In this document: positions 38,027 through 48,513 of the stretch, one piece after another
Numbering within the stretch: the stretch's first letter is position 1
How the letters are laid out: the number at the start of each line of letters is the position of its first letter
NCBI GenBank assembly: GCA_963787975.1
Contig: CAWBEU010000007.1
Span: 21,640 to 85,639, forward strand
Length of the DNA: 64,000 nucleotides
Direction of reading: 5' to 3'
From: an uncultured Thermoplasmata archaeon
Lineage (GTDB): Archaea > Thermoplasmatota > Thermoplasmata > Lutacidiplasmatales > UBA184
Notes under the pieces: model-generated
What the model saw: only the letters and a program-made list of their open reading frames with translations
What the model was told of the DNA's origin: nothing
Databases searched by the model: none
Translations under genes and position numbers: made by a program

Positions 38027-38249
38027 TGGTCACCCGGGGCCTCGTTCGATTGCGCCCGGCGGAGGGACGAATGCCGTCCCGATGCCGCGCTCGAGCTGTC
38101 GTCCTCGCGGAGTAATGCCGCGGCAACCGAACGCTTAATTCCCCACGCGGTGCGGGCGGGCACGGGTCGGAAGAAGGGAGACCCGGCTCGGAGATGTCAA
38201 CGCAGGCTGCGACCGACCGACACGCCGGAGTACGAACCGGGATTCCTTC

Positions 38250-39867
38250 GTGACCGATCTCGCCTCTTCCCCCGCCGAAGGATCGCCACCGACCGCGCCG
38301 AACGAACTCCCGGTCCAGCCCAAGCTCGAGTTCGAGCTGGTCATCACCATCGGAATTCTTCTCGCCCTGCTGATGGGCGCATTGGACCAATTCGTCGCCC
38401 TGACGGCCCTGCCGACGATCCTTGCCCAGTTCCACACGCCGACCAGCGGCACCTTCGTGATCAGTGCGTACGTCATCGCCTCCACGACCAGCATCCCGAT
38501 CTTCGCCAAACTGTCGGACCTCTGGAGCCGCCGGAACGTGTTTCTGGGCGGACTCGCGGTGTTCATCGTGGGCTCGATCTTCTCCGGCCTCAGCCAGAAC
38601 CTCCCTGAGCTCATCTTCTTCCGCGCCGTTCAGGGATTCGGAAGCGGCGGTTTCTTCCCGGTCGGGATCGCCATCGTGGCCGTGGTGTTCCCCCCGGAGA
38701 CCCGGGCAAGGGTCATCGGCGCCCTCTCGGGAGTCTTCGGGATTGCCGTCGTGGCCGGCCCGCTCCTAGGGAGCGCGATCGTGACGTACACGAGCTGGCG
38801 CTGGGTGTTCTACGTCAACATTCCCATCGGGCTCGCGGGATTCGCTCTGATCGCTCTTACCCTCGGGCCGCTCCGTCCGGAGGTCGTGCGGAGATTCGAC
38901 CTCGTGGGGGCCGCCCTGTTAGCCGGCTGGGTCGCCGCCGTGATGTTCCCCCTCTATCAGATCGCCGACAACGGGTGGACGTGGACGGAGCCTCGGGTGC
39001 TGGTACTGCTCGCCGTCGGAGGGGTTCTGATCGTCGCCTTCGTCCTCTGGGAGCTCCGACAGGAGAATCCGTTGGTCCCCCTCCAGCTCCTCGCCCATCG
39101 TGTGATGGCGGCGGGAGGGGGCTCCACGTTCTTCATCGGCATGGTGTTCTTCCCCGTCGCGACGTTCCTCTCCTTGGTGGTGGGGGTCGCCCTGGTCCCG
39201 GCGGGTACCAGCTCGGCCGACACCGTCCGGGACATCCTTTACTTCCTGGTGATCCCACTCGTGTTTGGAGCCGCCCTCGGGGGTAATCTCCTGACCCGGC
39301 TCCCCTACCGGACGGTGGCCGTCGCCGGTCTGCTCATCGGAATGGTCGGCTTGGCCGGTTTGACCCGGCTCTCCATGAGCACCCCCCTCTGGGTGTTCCG
39401 ATTCGGGTTCATTCCGGTAGGAGGTATCGTTCTCCCATTGCTGCCCCTCGGCTTCGGAATTGGGTTGACCTTCCCCGTGTTCTTGCTTGCGGCCCAGAAC
39501 CAGGTCAAGAAGGTCGACGTCGGCGAGGCGGGGGGACTGATTCAGTTCCTCCAATCCTTAGGCGGGGCGGTCGGGCTGTCGGTCCTCGCGTCCTTTCAGC
39601 TCACCCAATTCACGGCCCTCGACCCTTCCCCCAAGCCCTGCCTGCTCGAGCGCAGCCCCTCCCTTTCCGTTATGCGCGCACTATCTCGAGTCGTTCAAAG
39701 GCGCTTTGATCACGTCCTACGACCATACGTTCACCGTGATGTTGGGGCTTCTCGTCGTCTCCTTCGTGTTCGCCCTGTTCCTCGTGGGGCGGTTGCCCAA
39801 GGCGCCTCCACGGGTCTCCCCCGTCGCAGTCATCGAGTCGTCCCCGTCTGCTTCGACGGCACCGTAG
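38250..39867 (+). CDS. DHA2-type (14-TM) MFS efflux transporter; +1 frameshift near 39650
   Basis: LLMGALDQ, KLSDLWSRR, FRAVQGFG, GPLLGS...WRWVFYVNIPIG; the last TM (TVMLGLLVVSFVFALFL) lies in the shifted frame ending at TAG 39867. Confidence 0.88.
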
Positions 39868-39961
39868 CGGCGCCGCGCGGCGAGTCGCCGGAGTCGCTCC
39901 CGCGGATGCAAGACACGTCGCATACGTCTCGAGCGGACAGGGGCCACTTAGCTCGAGGCGC

Positions 39962-40840
39962 CTAGGACTGGTCGTCGAGACGGGCTCGGTCCACGACCAA
40001 GAGTCGCCACCCCGACTCGACCTGCACGTTGGCGACGACGATCCCGAACTCGGCGAGGTCGGCTCGGTAGCGGATCAGCGTCTCGGTGAGCATCGTCTCG
40101 TCCTCCCCGAGTCGGGACGAGAGGTCTTGGGTGGTGCCCATCCAACCTCCGTTGCGGACGAGGCTCTGGAGAACACGGATGTAGTGGGGAAGCGGGGGCT
40201 CCTTCCGGCCGGCTCGCATGAACCCGCCCGAGAAGGAGATCGATAGTCCCGGAAGGGACGCCGGCACCCAGGGGTCTCCAGGAATCGCTGGCTTCACCGC
40301 CGGTTCCTCGTTCTCTCCGGGAACCCGTGGGGACGGGACGCTCGGCGTTTCCATCCCCATCGGCTCAGGAACGTCATGGGGGGGAGAAGGGACGCTGGCA
40401 TCCGGATCGGTAACGCGGGCGTGCACGATCCGAACGAAGTCGTCAATGTCCTTCGAGGGGGACGGACGAACGCCGCGTCGCATCCGGAATCGGTCCAGTG
40501 CCCCCATCAACTCCGGGCTCGGACAGCGGAAGCTCCTCCGGTTCTCGCCGTCGAGGAATACGAGCAGGGGCTCCCCGTCGGCGTTGCGATACAGCTTCAG
40601 TCCCGCATGGAGCACGAGTTCGTGATACAGCACGTGGGCGGGTGGACCCCCGAGGGCGCTGATGGGGGGAACCCACTCCCCGGTCTGGTGCTGAACCAGT
40701 TCGTGGATCCTTACCTCATCGCCCTCCATGGTCTCAACCGCTCGTCCGATTGTGAGGGGCGTTCTATCCTCCTCTGGGGAGGGTTCCTCGCCGTGCTCAC
40801 CCCCGATGGTCGGTTGAGGTGGCTTAGTTCTTTGCTCCAT
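39962..40840 (-). CDS. Hypothetical protein, two globular domains joined by a Pro-rich linker
   Basis: Long ORF with plausible composition; start uncertain. Confidence 0.65.
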   Translation of the reverse strand: MEQRTKPPQPTIGGEHGEEPSPEEDRTPLTIGRAVETMEGDEVRIHELVQHQTGEWVPPISALGGPPAHVLYHELVLHAGLKLYRNADGEPLLVFLDGENRRSFRCPSPELMGALDRFRMRRGVRPSPSKDIDDFVRIVHARVTDPDASVPSPPHDVPEPMGMETPSVPSPRVPGENEEPAVKPAIPGDPWVPASLPGLSISFSGGFMRAGRKEPPLPHYIRVLQSLVRNGGWMGTTQDLSSRLGEDETMLTETLIRYRADLAEFGIVVANVQVESGWRLLVVDRARLDDQS

Positions 40841-40985
40841 CAGGAAACCGGCGGGCCGCTCTTTCCGACACGAATCCTCGAGACGGAGGGAACCACCCTT
40901 GTACCCACTCCCATGGTCGGCGGTCCCGTCCGGTGCGCACTGAAAGTGACCTACGCTCTTATTCTAGAACCTGGGTCCTCGGCCG

Positions 40986-41255
40986 ATGAACGCCAATCGG
41001 TTCTCCGGAACGCACCCTATTCACTCCCGGGAGTTCGACCTGTTCCGCAGCGTCAGGCGGCGGGCGTTGGCGTCGATCGCCGTCGCGGTCGGCTGGCTGA
41101 GCTTGACTCTCCTCTACGTCGCTTTCTGGGCCCAGCGGTTCAGCCTGTTCCAGGACATCGTCGTGGTAGTCGTTTCCCTAGCGGTGCTCGCCGGAATTCT
41201 CCTGGGATTGTGGGTATCGTTCGGGCTGCGCTTCGTCTCCGGCTGGGTCGAGTGA
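40986..41255 (+). CDS. Small two-TM membrane protein
   Basis: Two hydrophobic helices. Confidence 0.6.
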   Translation: MNANRFSGTHPIHSREFDLFRSVRRRALASIAVAVGWLSLTLLYVAFWAQRFSLFQDIVVVVVSLAVLAGILLGLWVSFGLRFVSGWVE

Positions 41256-41435
41256 GGCCGGGGTCTCGATCCCCCCTTAAGCTCAGGACACCGCCGCCGT
41301 GGGCGTCGGAAGCCCCGGTGGCCCGGCGATGCGGGCGGCGGTCCTGGCCTTCCTGATCATCGGTGCCCTGGCGCCCCCGAACGAGTGAGAGTCCCTGCTC
41401 GCGGGCGGGACGCGCGGCGGCCTTCGGACCCGCTG

Positions 41436-41672
41436 CTACCCGTGAACGTGGGCGATGGTAGCCGCCGCGTGGGCGGCTTTCTCGTCGTCGGTGAGATCGC
41501 GCAGGTGCACGGATACGGTTACCGTCCCCGAGAACTTCAGGGAAAGAGGGGTGCCGGGCACGCTGAGCGTCATCCCCTTGAGCTGGACATCGAGCTGGCT
41601 TTGCCGGTCCGTCAGCGCGTCGATGAGCCCTACCACTAGGTCCTTGCTGATCTCTGTTCCACCCTCGGTCAT
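41436..41672 (-). CDS. Small hypothetical protein
   Basis: 78-aa ORF with a beta-rich pattern (LDVQLKGMTL...LSLKFSGTVTVSV). Confidence 0.6.
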   Translation of the reverse strand: MTEGGTEISKDLVVGLIDALTDRQSQLDVQLKGMTLSVPGTPLSLKFSGTVTVSVHLRDLTDDEKAAHAAATIAHVHG

Positions 41673-41814
41673 GTTTTCCGCCGCGACGGGCTAGGAAAGA
41701 GGAAGGATTTCAACTTCGCGAAAGGGACCGTCGGTGGCCTCCCTCAACGTGGGGAGGCCTCCGAGGCTCGGTCGACGCGCGAGTTCCCTCGGCCCGCGAC
41801 CGCGCGCGCGAGGA

Positions 41815-42642
41815 TCAGCCGTCCCCGAGCCTTCGTCGAGCCGTCACCGACCACATCAGTGGAATGACCCCGGCTTGCTGGGTAAGATGCCAGTACCCTT
41901 GCCGGTCCTCCGTCATAAACGGATATCGGGGCCAGTAGCTGTACGGGTATTCCTGGACTGACGCGATGTCGAGTCCATGCCGGATCAACGCGGAGAGGGT
42001 CTCCGACACAGGGTGGATCCACGAGTAGCTGACTTTGTGCTTCATCTTCACGTGGGTCGCATACGTTCCATCATACTCCTCTCGGAGCGCTCGGGAGCCG
42101 AAGTAAGGGTCCTTCGGCACGAGACTCGTGATCGGCGGGTCGTTCGGAAAGATCTCGGCCACCGGGTGGTCCTCGAGCAAGTACAGCTGCCCGCCCGGTT
42201 TCAGGAACTTTGCGACAACGTGGGCCCAGCGGTCGATGTCGGGGAGCCAGCACATCGCTCCCTTCCCGGTATACACTATGTCAAACCGATCGTCGAGGAC
42301 GTCGGGTAGGTCGTAGAGATTCGACTGGACGAACCGGGCCTTGATTCCGACCCGCCGGGCGAGTCGGCGCGCGGCTCGGACCGCGGGCAAGGAAAAGTCC
42401 ACCCCGGTCACCCGCGCGCCGCGTCGCGCCCAGGAGAGCGTGTCGAGCCCGAAGTGGCACTGTAGATGGAGGAGAGACTTTCCACGGACCGGTCCCATCT
42501 CGCTGACCTCGACGGGCTGCAGGGTCGAGCGACCCCGGAGGAAGGAGGGAACGTCGTACGAGGGACCGGCAACGTGCAACGGAACGCTCTCATCCCACTT
42601 GCGCCGGTTGACGGTCATCCGCCGGCGGTCGCTCGCCTTCAC
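41815..42642 (-). CDS. Class I SAM-dependent methyltransferase
   Basis: LLHLQCHFGLDTLSWARRGARVTGVDFS, FDIVYTGKGAMCWLPD. Confidence 0.9.
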   Translation of the reverse strand: MKASDRRRMTVNRRKWDESVPLHVAGPSYDVPSFLRGRSTLQPVEVSEMGPVRGKSLLHLQCHFGLDTLSWARRGARVTGVDFSLPAVRAARRLARRVGIKARFVQSNLYDLPDVLDDRFDIVYTGKGAMCWLPDIDRWAHVVAKFLKPGGQLYLLEDHPVAEIFPNDPPITSLVPKDPYFGSRALREEYDGTYATHVKMKHKVSYSWIHPVSETLSALIRHGLDIASVQEYPYSYWPRYPFMTEDRQGYWHLTQQAGVIPLMWSVTARRRLGDG

Positions 42643-42954
42643 GCGCCCCTCACCTCGCCTACGGGTGATAACGGGACCGGCGAGCTGAGGAGGCTCCCGC
42701 GCGCGCGTCCAACAGCCATCCCCGGCGCGGACGGGCTCTTCCTCCCCGGCGCCATTTTGACCTTCCGCACGGGCATCCCGATGACCATCTAACTCGCGAA
42801 CCTAGAGCGGAGCATTCTCACGCCCCGGAGTCGCTCGGCTCGGCGTTCAAGACCTTGCTCCGTGGTGGGGCGTAGTTGCAATCCTCCTTGCAACCGTAGC
42901 TGACTGTCGTCATGGACCCGCAAACCAGGGGCAATCCCGAGGTTCCCCGAGGCA

Positions 42955-43467
42955 TCACGAGGTTCGCGGAATTAACCAAGTCCCGCAATGCGGGCAGACC
43001 CTAGCCGACTCGCCCGTTGGTCTTCCGCACTCCGGGCAGACTCCGGGTCCCCGGGTAGAGGTCGACGGGTCGATACGTCGCGCCGCCGGCCCGACACCTC
43101 GGTCCGCCGCTTCCCACACCTGTTCTTCCCAGCTCTCAGAGAAGATGCCGAGGACTCCCCCTACGATACAGAGCGCCGCGCCCGGGTAGAATGCCGAACC
43201 TCCAAAAAGTGTGAGCGATGAAAGAATAACAATAGCGATGCCGAGGCCCGTGTGAATCTCCGGGGCGAGCTTCAGAGCGATGCCCAGAAGCAGGAGGACG
43301 ATGCCTACCACAGCGACCGCGACGCCCACGCCGACGATCGGCCCGGAGACTAAATTTCCCGCCACTCCACTGGCCCCTATCCCGGCGACCACCGCCCCGA
43401 TGACGAATGTGACGAACCCTCCGGTGGCGGAAAGGACCGCGCCCGCGAACAGCGAGTTTTCCGACAT
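42955..43467 (-). CDS. Membrane protein (4 TM) with C-terminal double zinc ribbon
   Basis: CPECG...CPHCG at the C-terminus. Confidence 0.7.
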   Translation of the reverse strand: MSENSLFAGAVLSATGGFVTFVIGAVVAGIGASGVAGNLVSGPIVGVGVAVAVVGIVLLLLGIALKLAPEIHTGLGIAIVILSSLTLFGGSAFYPGAALCIVGGVLGIFSESWEEQVWEAADRGVGPAARRIDPSTSTRGPGVCPECGRPTGESARVCPHCGTWLIPRTS

Positions 43468-43705
43468 ACGGGAGGACCCTTGGCGGGATCCCTGTGGCCC
43501 GTGGAAACAGACGCTGACATATCATCGTATGGAGGAACGGAGGGTCTCTAGAGCACACGGAGCACGGAGCGATCAACCCATCCCGTTCCTCGGACGCCTC
43601 GGTCTACGGCGGAAAGGGACCAACGCCCGAGCAAGCCTCTTGGGCCCGGTGCTCGGCTCGCAGCCGGATTCAATTGAGGTTGCAACTTTTTCGCGTACCA
43701 GCGCT

Positions 43706-44026
43706 CTACTTGCCAGGTTCGTAGAGGTCGACCCGGCCGCACGTCGGGCAGTGGTACACCGAGAACGGCTGAAGCTGCTCGGACAGCTGGTTCCAGTTTC
43801 CGAGGAGGAACCCCGGCCCGCCTGTGGACCCGCCCACCCGAAATTGAAGCTCACCGGCGGCGCTCATTGCGGTCTTACAGTTCGGGCACGTCACGGCGGT
43901 TCTTCCTTGGGGAACGGGTGTGCCCGGCGCCGACGCTGCCGCGGCGGGCAGGAGCGTCCCGCACTCCGGGCAAGCCGTCCAGGGGCCCGGCCCCAACTCG
44001 ACGCCACATTTCGGACAGGTCGACAT
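43706..44026 (-). CDS. Small protein with four CxxC pairs (zinc ribbons)
   Basis: CPKCG, CPECG, CPNCK, CPTCG. Confidence 0.75.
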   Translation of the reverse strand: MSTCPKCGVELGPGPWTACPECGTLLPAAAASAPGTPVPQGRTAVTCPNCKTAMSAAGELQFRVGGSTGGPGFLLGNWNQLSEQLQPFSVYHCPTCGRVDLYEPGK

Positions 44027-44171
44027 TTCGGTTCTCCCTCAGCCGGCCAACGTTGATAGAACCAGCGAACCCGTCCCGATCTTCAAACCCACCCGATCGC
44101 CGAACCTCGAGGGGGCCCTTCGATTCTCGAAAGAATGAAGCGCATCCACTCCCTGACCGTCCCAGGGTCCA

Positions 44172-44621
44172 ATGGCAGCACAGGCGCCCAGCCAGTTCTG
44201 TCCTTTCTGCGGCACCTCCAACCCGCCTGGATACAACTTTTGCCTGCAGTGCCACCGCGCGTTGCCCCCGGCCGGGCCGGTCGCCCCGAGCGCCCCCGCA
44301 CCGGAGCCGGATTCGTTTCAGCTCGTCACGGCCCGACGCGACGCCACCACCCTGTCGCTCAACGTGGGGCGGGGGTTCTGGGGAATCCTCTTTCTGTACC
44401 TGGGAATCCCGATGCTGCTGATCGGAATCGGCCTCCTCATCGGGTCCGTCGTCGTAGCCCAGGGGGTGGCGAACTTCAACCAAGCCTGTTCGATGAATCC
44501 CCTCTGTTCCCCTCAACCGGATCCGAGTGGCGCATTCGCCGCAGGCGGGGTGGTGGTCCTCATCCTCGGGATCGTGCTCGTGGCGTACGGGATCAGCCAG
44601 TATCGAAACCAACCATCCTAA
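44172..44621 (+). CDS. N-terminal zinc ribbon + two-TM membrane protein
   Basis: CPFCG...CLQCH followed by two hydrophobic helices. Confidence 0.72.
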   Translation: MAAQAPSQFCPFCGTSNPPGYNFCLQCHRALPPAGPVAPSAPAPEPDSFQLVTARRDATTLSLNVGRGFWGILFLYLGIPMLLIGIGLLIGSVVVAQGVANFNQACSMNPLCSPQPDPSGAFAAGGVVVLILGIVLVAYGISQYRNQPS

Positions 44622-44752
44622 CCGACCTCCCGCTGCGTCGATGTCCCTCCAGTGCCTCCCGATGAAATGGGTGCTCCGCCGTGGGGTGTTTCGCGACCCT
44701 CCCCGAAGAGTAAGACCCCCTTCGAGCTTGGACGAGGCCGGAGGCCGTCAAC

Positions 44753-45241
44753 ATGGCCAAACACGTGAAAGCAAAACCCGACCAGTACCACACCCTGACC
44801 GCGGCGATTCCGATTAAGGGAGCCGACAAGGCGATTGACTGGTACACGAAGGTCTTCGGCGCGAAGCTCCTGAGCCGCATGGGAACCCCCGACGGCAAGG
44901 CCGTCTGGCACGCTGAGATTCGCATCGGCGACAGCGTCCTCATGCTCTCGGACGAGGACCCGACCATGGGGCCGCGGAGCCCGACGACGCTGGGCGGGGT
45001 TACCTCCACGATCCACTTCTACACGGAGGACGTCGACAAGCTGTACGCCCGCGCCCTCGCCGCCGGAGCCAAGTCGAACGCTCCTCCAACGGACATGTTC
45101 TGGGGCGACCGCTACGCGCAGATCGTGGACCCCTTCGGTCACGTCTGGGGTCTCGCAACTCACACCGAAGACGTTCCGGAGGATCAGATGGAGGCCCGGG
45201 GTCGCGAATGGGCCGCCAAGATGGGGTCCCAAAATTCGTGA
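44753..45241 (+). CDS. VOC/PhnB-like glyoxalase family protein
   Basis: KAIDWYTKVFGA, HAEIRIGDS.LMLSDE, DMFWGDRYAQIVDPFGHVW. Confidence 0.9.
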   Translation: MAKHVKAKPDQYHTLTAAIPIKGADKAIDWYTKVFGAKLLSRMGTPDGKAVWHAEIRIGDSVLMLSDEDPTMGPRSPTTLGGVTSTIHFYTEDVDKLYARALAAGAKSNAPPTDMFWGDRYAQIVDPFGHVWGLATHTEDVPEDQMEARGREWAAKMGSQNS

Positions 45242-45699
45242 TGATCCTCCACAAGGAAACGACGGTATCGTCCCCCATCGAGAGAACGTGGTGGGCCTGG
45301 ACCACGTCGGAGGGAATGGCCTCGTGGTGGGCGAAGAACTCCTGGATCGAGCTCCGGATTGGGGGCCCCTTCGAGCTCTACTTCCTCCTGGACCAACCGC
45401 GGGGCATGCAAGGGTCGGAGGGTTGCCGCATCCTGAGCTACCGTCCTCCCGAGATGCTCTCGTTTAGCTGGAATTTTCCGCCGTCCCTCCCAGAGATTCG
45501 GGGGGAGCATGCTTGGGTCGTGTTGAGATTCAACCGTCCCGGGCCGGAGGGGACACAGGTCAGCCTCGACCAGCTCGGATGGAAGGAGGGGCCCGCGTGG
45601 GAGGCCGGCTGGAAGTACTTTGATGATGCATGGGAAAGCGTTCTCGAGCGGTTCAAGACACGATTTCCATCCTCCGACGCCGCGAGGCGACACGACTGA
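45238..45699 (+). CDS. SRPBCC/AHSA1 domain protein
   Basis: WWAWTTSEGMASWW, ELRIGGPFELYF, PPEMLSFSWNFPP; overlaps the VOC stop. Confidence 0.85.
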   Translation: MMILHKETTVSSPIERTWWAWTTSEGMASWWAKNSWIELRIGGPFELYFLLDQPRGMQGSEGCRILSYRPPEMLSFSWNFPPSLPEIRGEHAWVVLRFNRPGPEGTQVSLDQLGWKEGPAWEAGWKYFDDAWESVLERFKTRFPSSDAARRHD

Positions 45700-45717
45700 C
45701 CCGGGCCCGAGTTCGGA

Positions 45718-46509
45718 GTGATTTCTCCCCGGCCTCGGATGCGGGCAGGGCCCGCAACCTCTGCCTCCCATGGGATATGCGAAGAATCAGGGGAGGACAA
45801 GAGGGGCGCAACGTTTCATCCCGATGAAGTCGTTCCCGTGCTTGTGGACAAGGGAGTCCGGGACGCATCGCTCCTCCGGGTTAAGCGGGACCTGCGCCGG
45901 TGGGGCCTGTTGCCCTTCACCGACTCAAGATCCCCCTCCCTCGTGTCCATCGTGGCGGGGGCTCCCATCTCCGGTTCCTGGTGGGGGCATCCTGCCGGGC
46001 AAGCGATCTACCGGGTGGGAGAAGCTCTCGAGTCCGACCCCGACGCGTTGCTCGTGCGGCTTTGGCGAGGAAAGCAGACCCTCGTGCACCGTCGCCTCTG
46101 GCCCGCCCTCGAGCGCGTGGGGAGCGCGAGGGCGCCCTGGCAGATGACCGGACTCAGCGCGGTCGGCCGACGACTCCTCGCCAATGTCGATCGTGTGGGC
46201 CTCGTCCGGAGTGATCTGCTCCCGTCGGACATCTCGTCGAAACCTCCGGGGTCCCCTCTCGACCTCCGTGACCTCGGAGAACGATTGCTGGTCCTGACCC
46301 GGTCCGTGCATACGCCCAGCGGTGCCCACGCCTTGGAGGCCGAAGGGTGGTCCGCCTGGCGCACGCGGGTGGGGTCGCCGCGTTATCGCGGCTCGGTCTC
46401 GTCCGCTCAGATCCAGCTCGAGGAAGCCGCCCGCCACCTCACCCCGCGAATCGAACCCCGGCCCTTGTTTCCATGGGGACGATCCGGGGCGCGAGGGACC
46501 TCGAAGTAG
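45718..46509 (+). CDS. Hypothetical protein, possibly AlkZ-related winged-helix (start uncertain)
   Basis: SWWGHP...LWRGKQTLVHRRLWPAL pattern; family assignment from recollection only. Confidence 0.5.
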   Translation: MISPRPRMRAGPATSASHGICEESGEDKRGATFHPDEVVPVLVDKGVRDASLLRVKRDLRRWGLLPFTDSRSPSLVSIVAGAPISGSWWGHPAGQAIYRVGEALESDPDALLVRLWRGKQTLVHRRLWPALERVGSARAPWQMTGLSAVGRRLLANVDRVGLVRSDLLPSDISSKPPGSPLDLRDLGERLLVLTRSVHTPSGAHALEAEGWSAWRTRVGSPRYRGSVSSAQIQLEEAARHLTPRIEPRPLFPWGRSGARGTSK

Positions 46510-46559
46510 GCGTGTCCCGTGTGCCGGCGGGACGTAGTCCTACTTATCCCCTTCGGCGA

Positions 46560-46569
46560 TTTTTATATA
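46560..46569 (+). promoter_or_regulatory. TATA-box candidate TTTTTATATA upstream of the SnoaL gene (GAGGAG RBS at about 46574)
   Basis: Strong AT-rich box in a GC-rich context. Confidence 0.5.
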
Positions 46570-46583
46570 GATGAGGAGAAAGA

Positions 46584-47030
46584 ATGACGCAACTGACAGA
46601 ACAAGAAGCCCGCCAGATGATCGCCGTTGTGAACACCCGAAATGTCGACAAGGTCTTGGAACAATACGCCGAAGACGCGACGTTCCAGGTCCCGACCCTG
46701 GACGCGCCCCTCCACGGAAAGACCGCGATTCGCGGCTTCCTCGCGGGGAGCTTCCAAGCGTTTCCGGACTGGACGCTGGACGTCAAGAACGTCTACCTCT
46801 CTGGCCACGACGTCGTCGTCCTGAACTCGGTTCACGGAACCCACACGGGTCCGCTCACCGCCCAGGACGGAAAGTCGATCGCCCCGACGAACAAGAAGTT
46901 CGTCCAGGAGCAGATGGCTCGCGTGGTCCTGAACGAGGCCGGTAAGATCCAGTCGTTCCGTGCCTACGGAATCGCCTCGGACCTCAACCAGCAGCTCGGT
47001 CTCGCCCGGCAGATCGCTCTCGCGCCGTAG
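46584..47030 (+). CDS. SnoaL-like/NTF2-fold protein (ester cyclase family)
   Basis: YAEDATF...HGKTAIRGF...AFPDW...GTHTGPL. Confidence 0.85.
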   Translation: MTQLTEQEARQMIAVVNTRNVDKVLEQYAEDATFQVPTLDAPLHGKTAIRGFLAGSFQAFPDWTLDVKNVYLSGHDVVVLNSVHGTHTGPLTAQDGKSIAPTNKKFVQEQMARVVLNEAGKIQSFRAYGIASDLNQQLGLARQIALAP

Positions 47031-47180
47031 GCCCATCGGGTCTACTGCCGTCGGGTCTTCGGACCCGATCACGAGCTCAACCTCTTCCCCGGCCCTCCGG
47101 GCCGGGTCCCGCCCCTCGTGAGATGGGGATGGCGCGGCGACGTCCCGAACGGAAGACCGACGCGCCCGATCCCTACACCC

Positions 47181-47795
47181 TCAGCCCAGCGCGTCGACGA
47201 TGTTCTGGGAGGTGACGATGCCTACGAGGTGTCCCCCCTCAACGACGGGAAGGCGCCTCACCGAGAAGGCGCGGAGGAGCCGCGCCGCCTCCCCCATGGA
47301 GGCATCGGGATCGACCGTCACGACCCGCTGGGTCATCACCTCTGCGACACGGACCTTTTCCAGGCGCCGGAGACATTGGTCCAGCCGAGAGAGCGTGGTC
47401 CGCCCCTCCACCTCGAGCAACAGGTCGAGGACTCCGCGAACCGACCCCACTCCCACCGACCGGTCGAGGTCCGCGAGAATGTCGAATTCGCTGAGGACTC
47501 CGACCACTCGGTTGGTGTCATCGACGACGGGCAACCCCGAGACATGCTTGTCGCGCATCACCCGAGCGGCGTCGAGGAGCGACCAGGCGGGCCGGGCCGT
47601 GCACACCTCGAGGGTCATTATCGCGCGGACCGTGAGCGCGCGGGGACGGTCGCCCGGGGGGATCTTGGAGTATTCTTCGTGCTCGCGCGCCTTGGTTCTG
47701 TTCGCTACGGTTTGAGACGGCGTCCTCATCCTTTGCAACCCCCCGATATCGCCTGGCAAACAAGGATGGCATCGCCCGCATAGAGTCGAGGTCAA
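47181..47795 (-). CDS. CBS-domain pair protein
   Basis: VSGLPVVD...VGVLSEFDI; VAEVMT...VRRLPVVEGGHLVGIVT. Confidence 0.88.
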   Translation of the reverse strand: MTSTLCGRCHPCLPGDIGGLQRMRTPSQTVANRTKAREHEEYSKIPPGDRPRALTVRAIMTLEVCTARPAWSLLDAARVMRDKHVSGLPVVDDTNRVVGVLSEFDILADLDRSVGVGSVRGVLDLLLEVEGRTTLSRLDQCLRRLEKVRVAEVMTQRVVTVDPDASMGEAARLLRAFSVRRLPVVEGGHLVGIVTSQNIVDALG

Positions 47796-47927
47796 TCACT
47801 GTTCACGGAATGGGTAGGCGGCATGAGCTGGACCGGGCCCGAAGTGGGCGGATCCTGGACGGAACCTCCCCTGCGTCGCCCCCGTTAGGGGAAAGCTCCT
47901 AATCGGGGATGGCCGATTCCAGAGTTC

Positions 47928-48389
47928 GTGCGCCGAAGGACCGACCCGCTGAGCCGGGGCCAGCACCGCAAGATCGCCGGTGACCTCTTCAATTACACCT
48001 GGTCGCTCTTGGACCAAACGAAACGAAGCGCGGAGGAGTGCGACGAAATGCTCCACGCGGCTCACGCCTCACGCTATCACTGGGGCCACGCAGGAACGCC
48101 CCTCAACCTGTCAGTCGGTGAGTGGCAGGTTTCCCGCGTCTACTCGGCCCTGGGACGGGCGGAGCCCGCCTTGTACCACGGCCGTCGCGCCCTGGAAATC
48201 GCCCGCCGGGACCGCTTGGGTCGCTTCTATCTTGCCTACGCGTACGAAGCCATGGCGCGCGCCGCCGCTGTGGCAGGGCAACGGCGCAACCGGAATCGCT
48301 ATCTCCGGGAAGCGCGCCGGGTTGGGGCCCAAGTGCGTGACCGGGACGACCGGCGGATGTTGTTGGAGGACCTGGCAACTATTCCCTGA
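47928..48389 (+). CDS. Conserved hypothetical helical (TPR-like) protein
   Basis: MLHAAHASRYHW...GEWQVSRVYSALG...LAYAYEAMARA. Confidence 0.7.
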   Translation: MRRRTDPLSRGQHRKIAGDLFNYTWSLLDQTKRSAEECDEMLHAAHASRYHWGHAGTPLNLSVGEWQVSRVYSALGRAEPALYHGRRALEIARRDRLGRFYLAYAYEAMARAAAVAGQRRNRNRYLREARRVGAQVRDRDDRRMLLEDLATIP

Positions 48390-48513
48390 CGTGGCACATC
48401 CTTCTGAGGGCCCGGGCCGGGCCCCGTGGCTCTCCGCCCTTCCGATCGTGGGTCATGGTCCGGAAGGGGTCGCCCGTCCACGGGCTTTAATCTGCAAGCG
48501 GACTGCGCGGACC

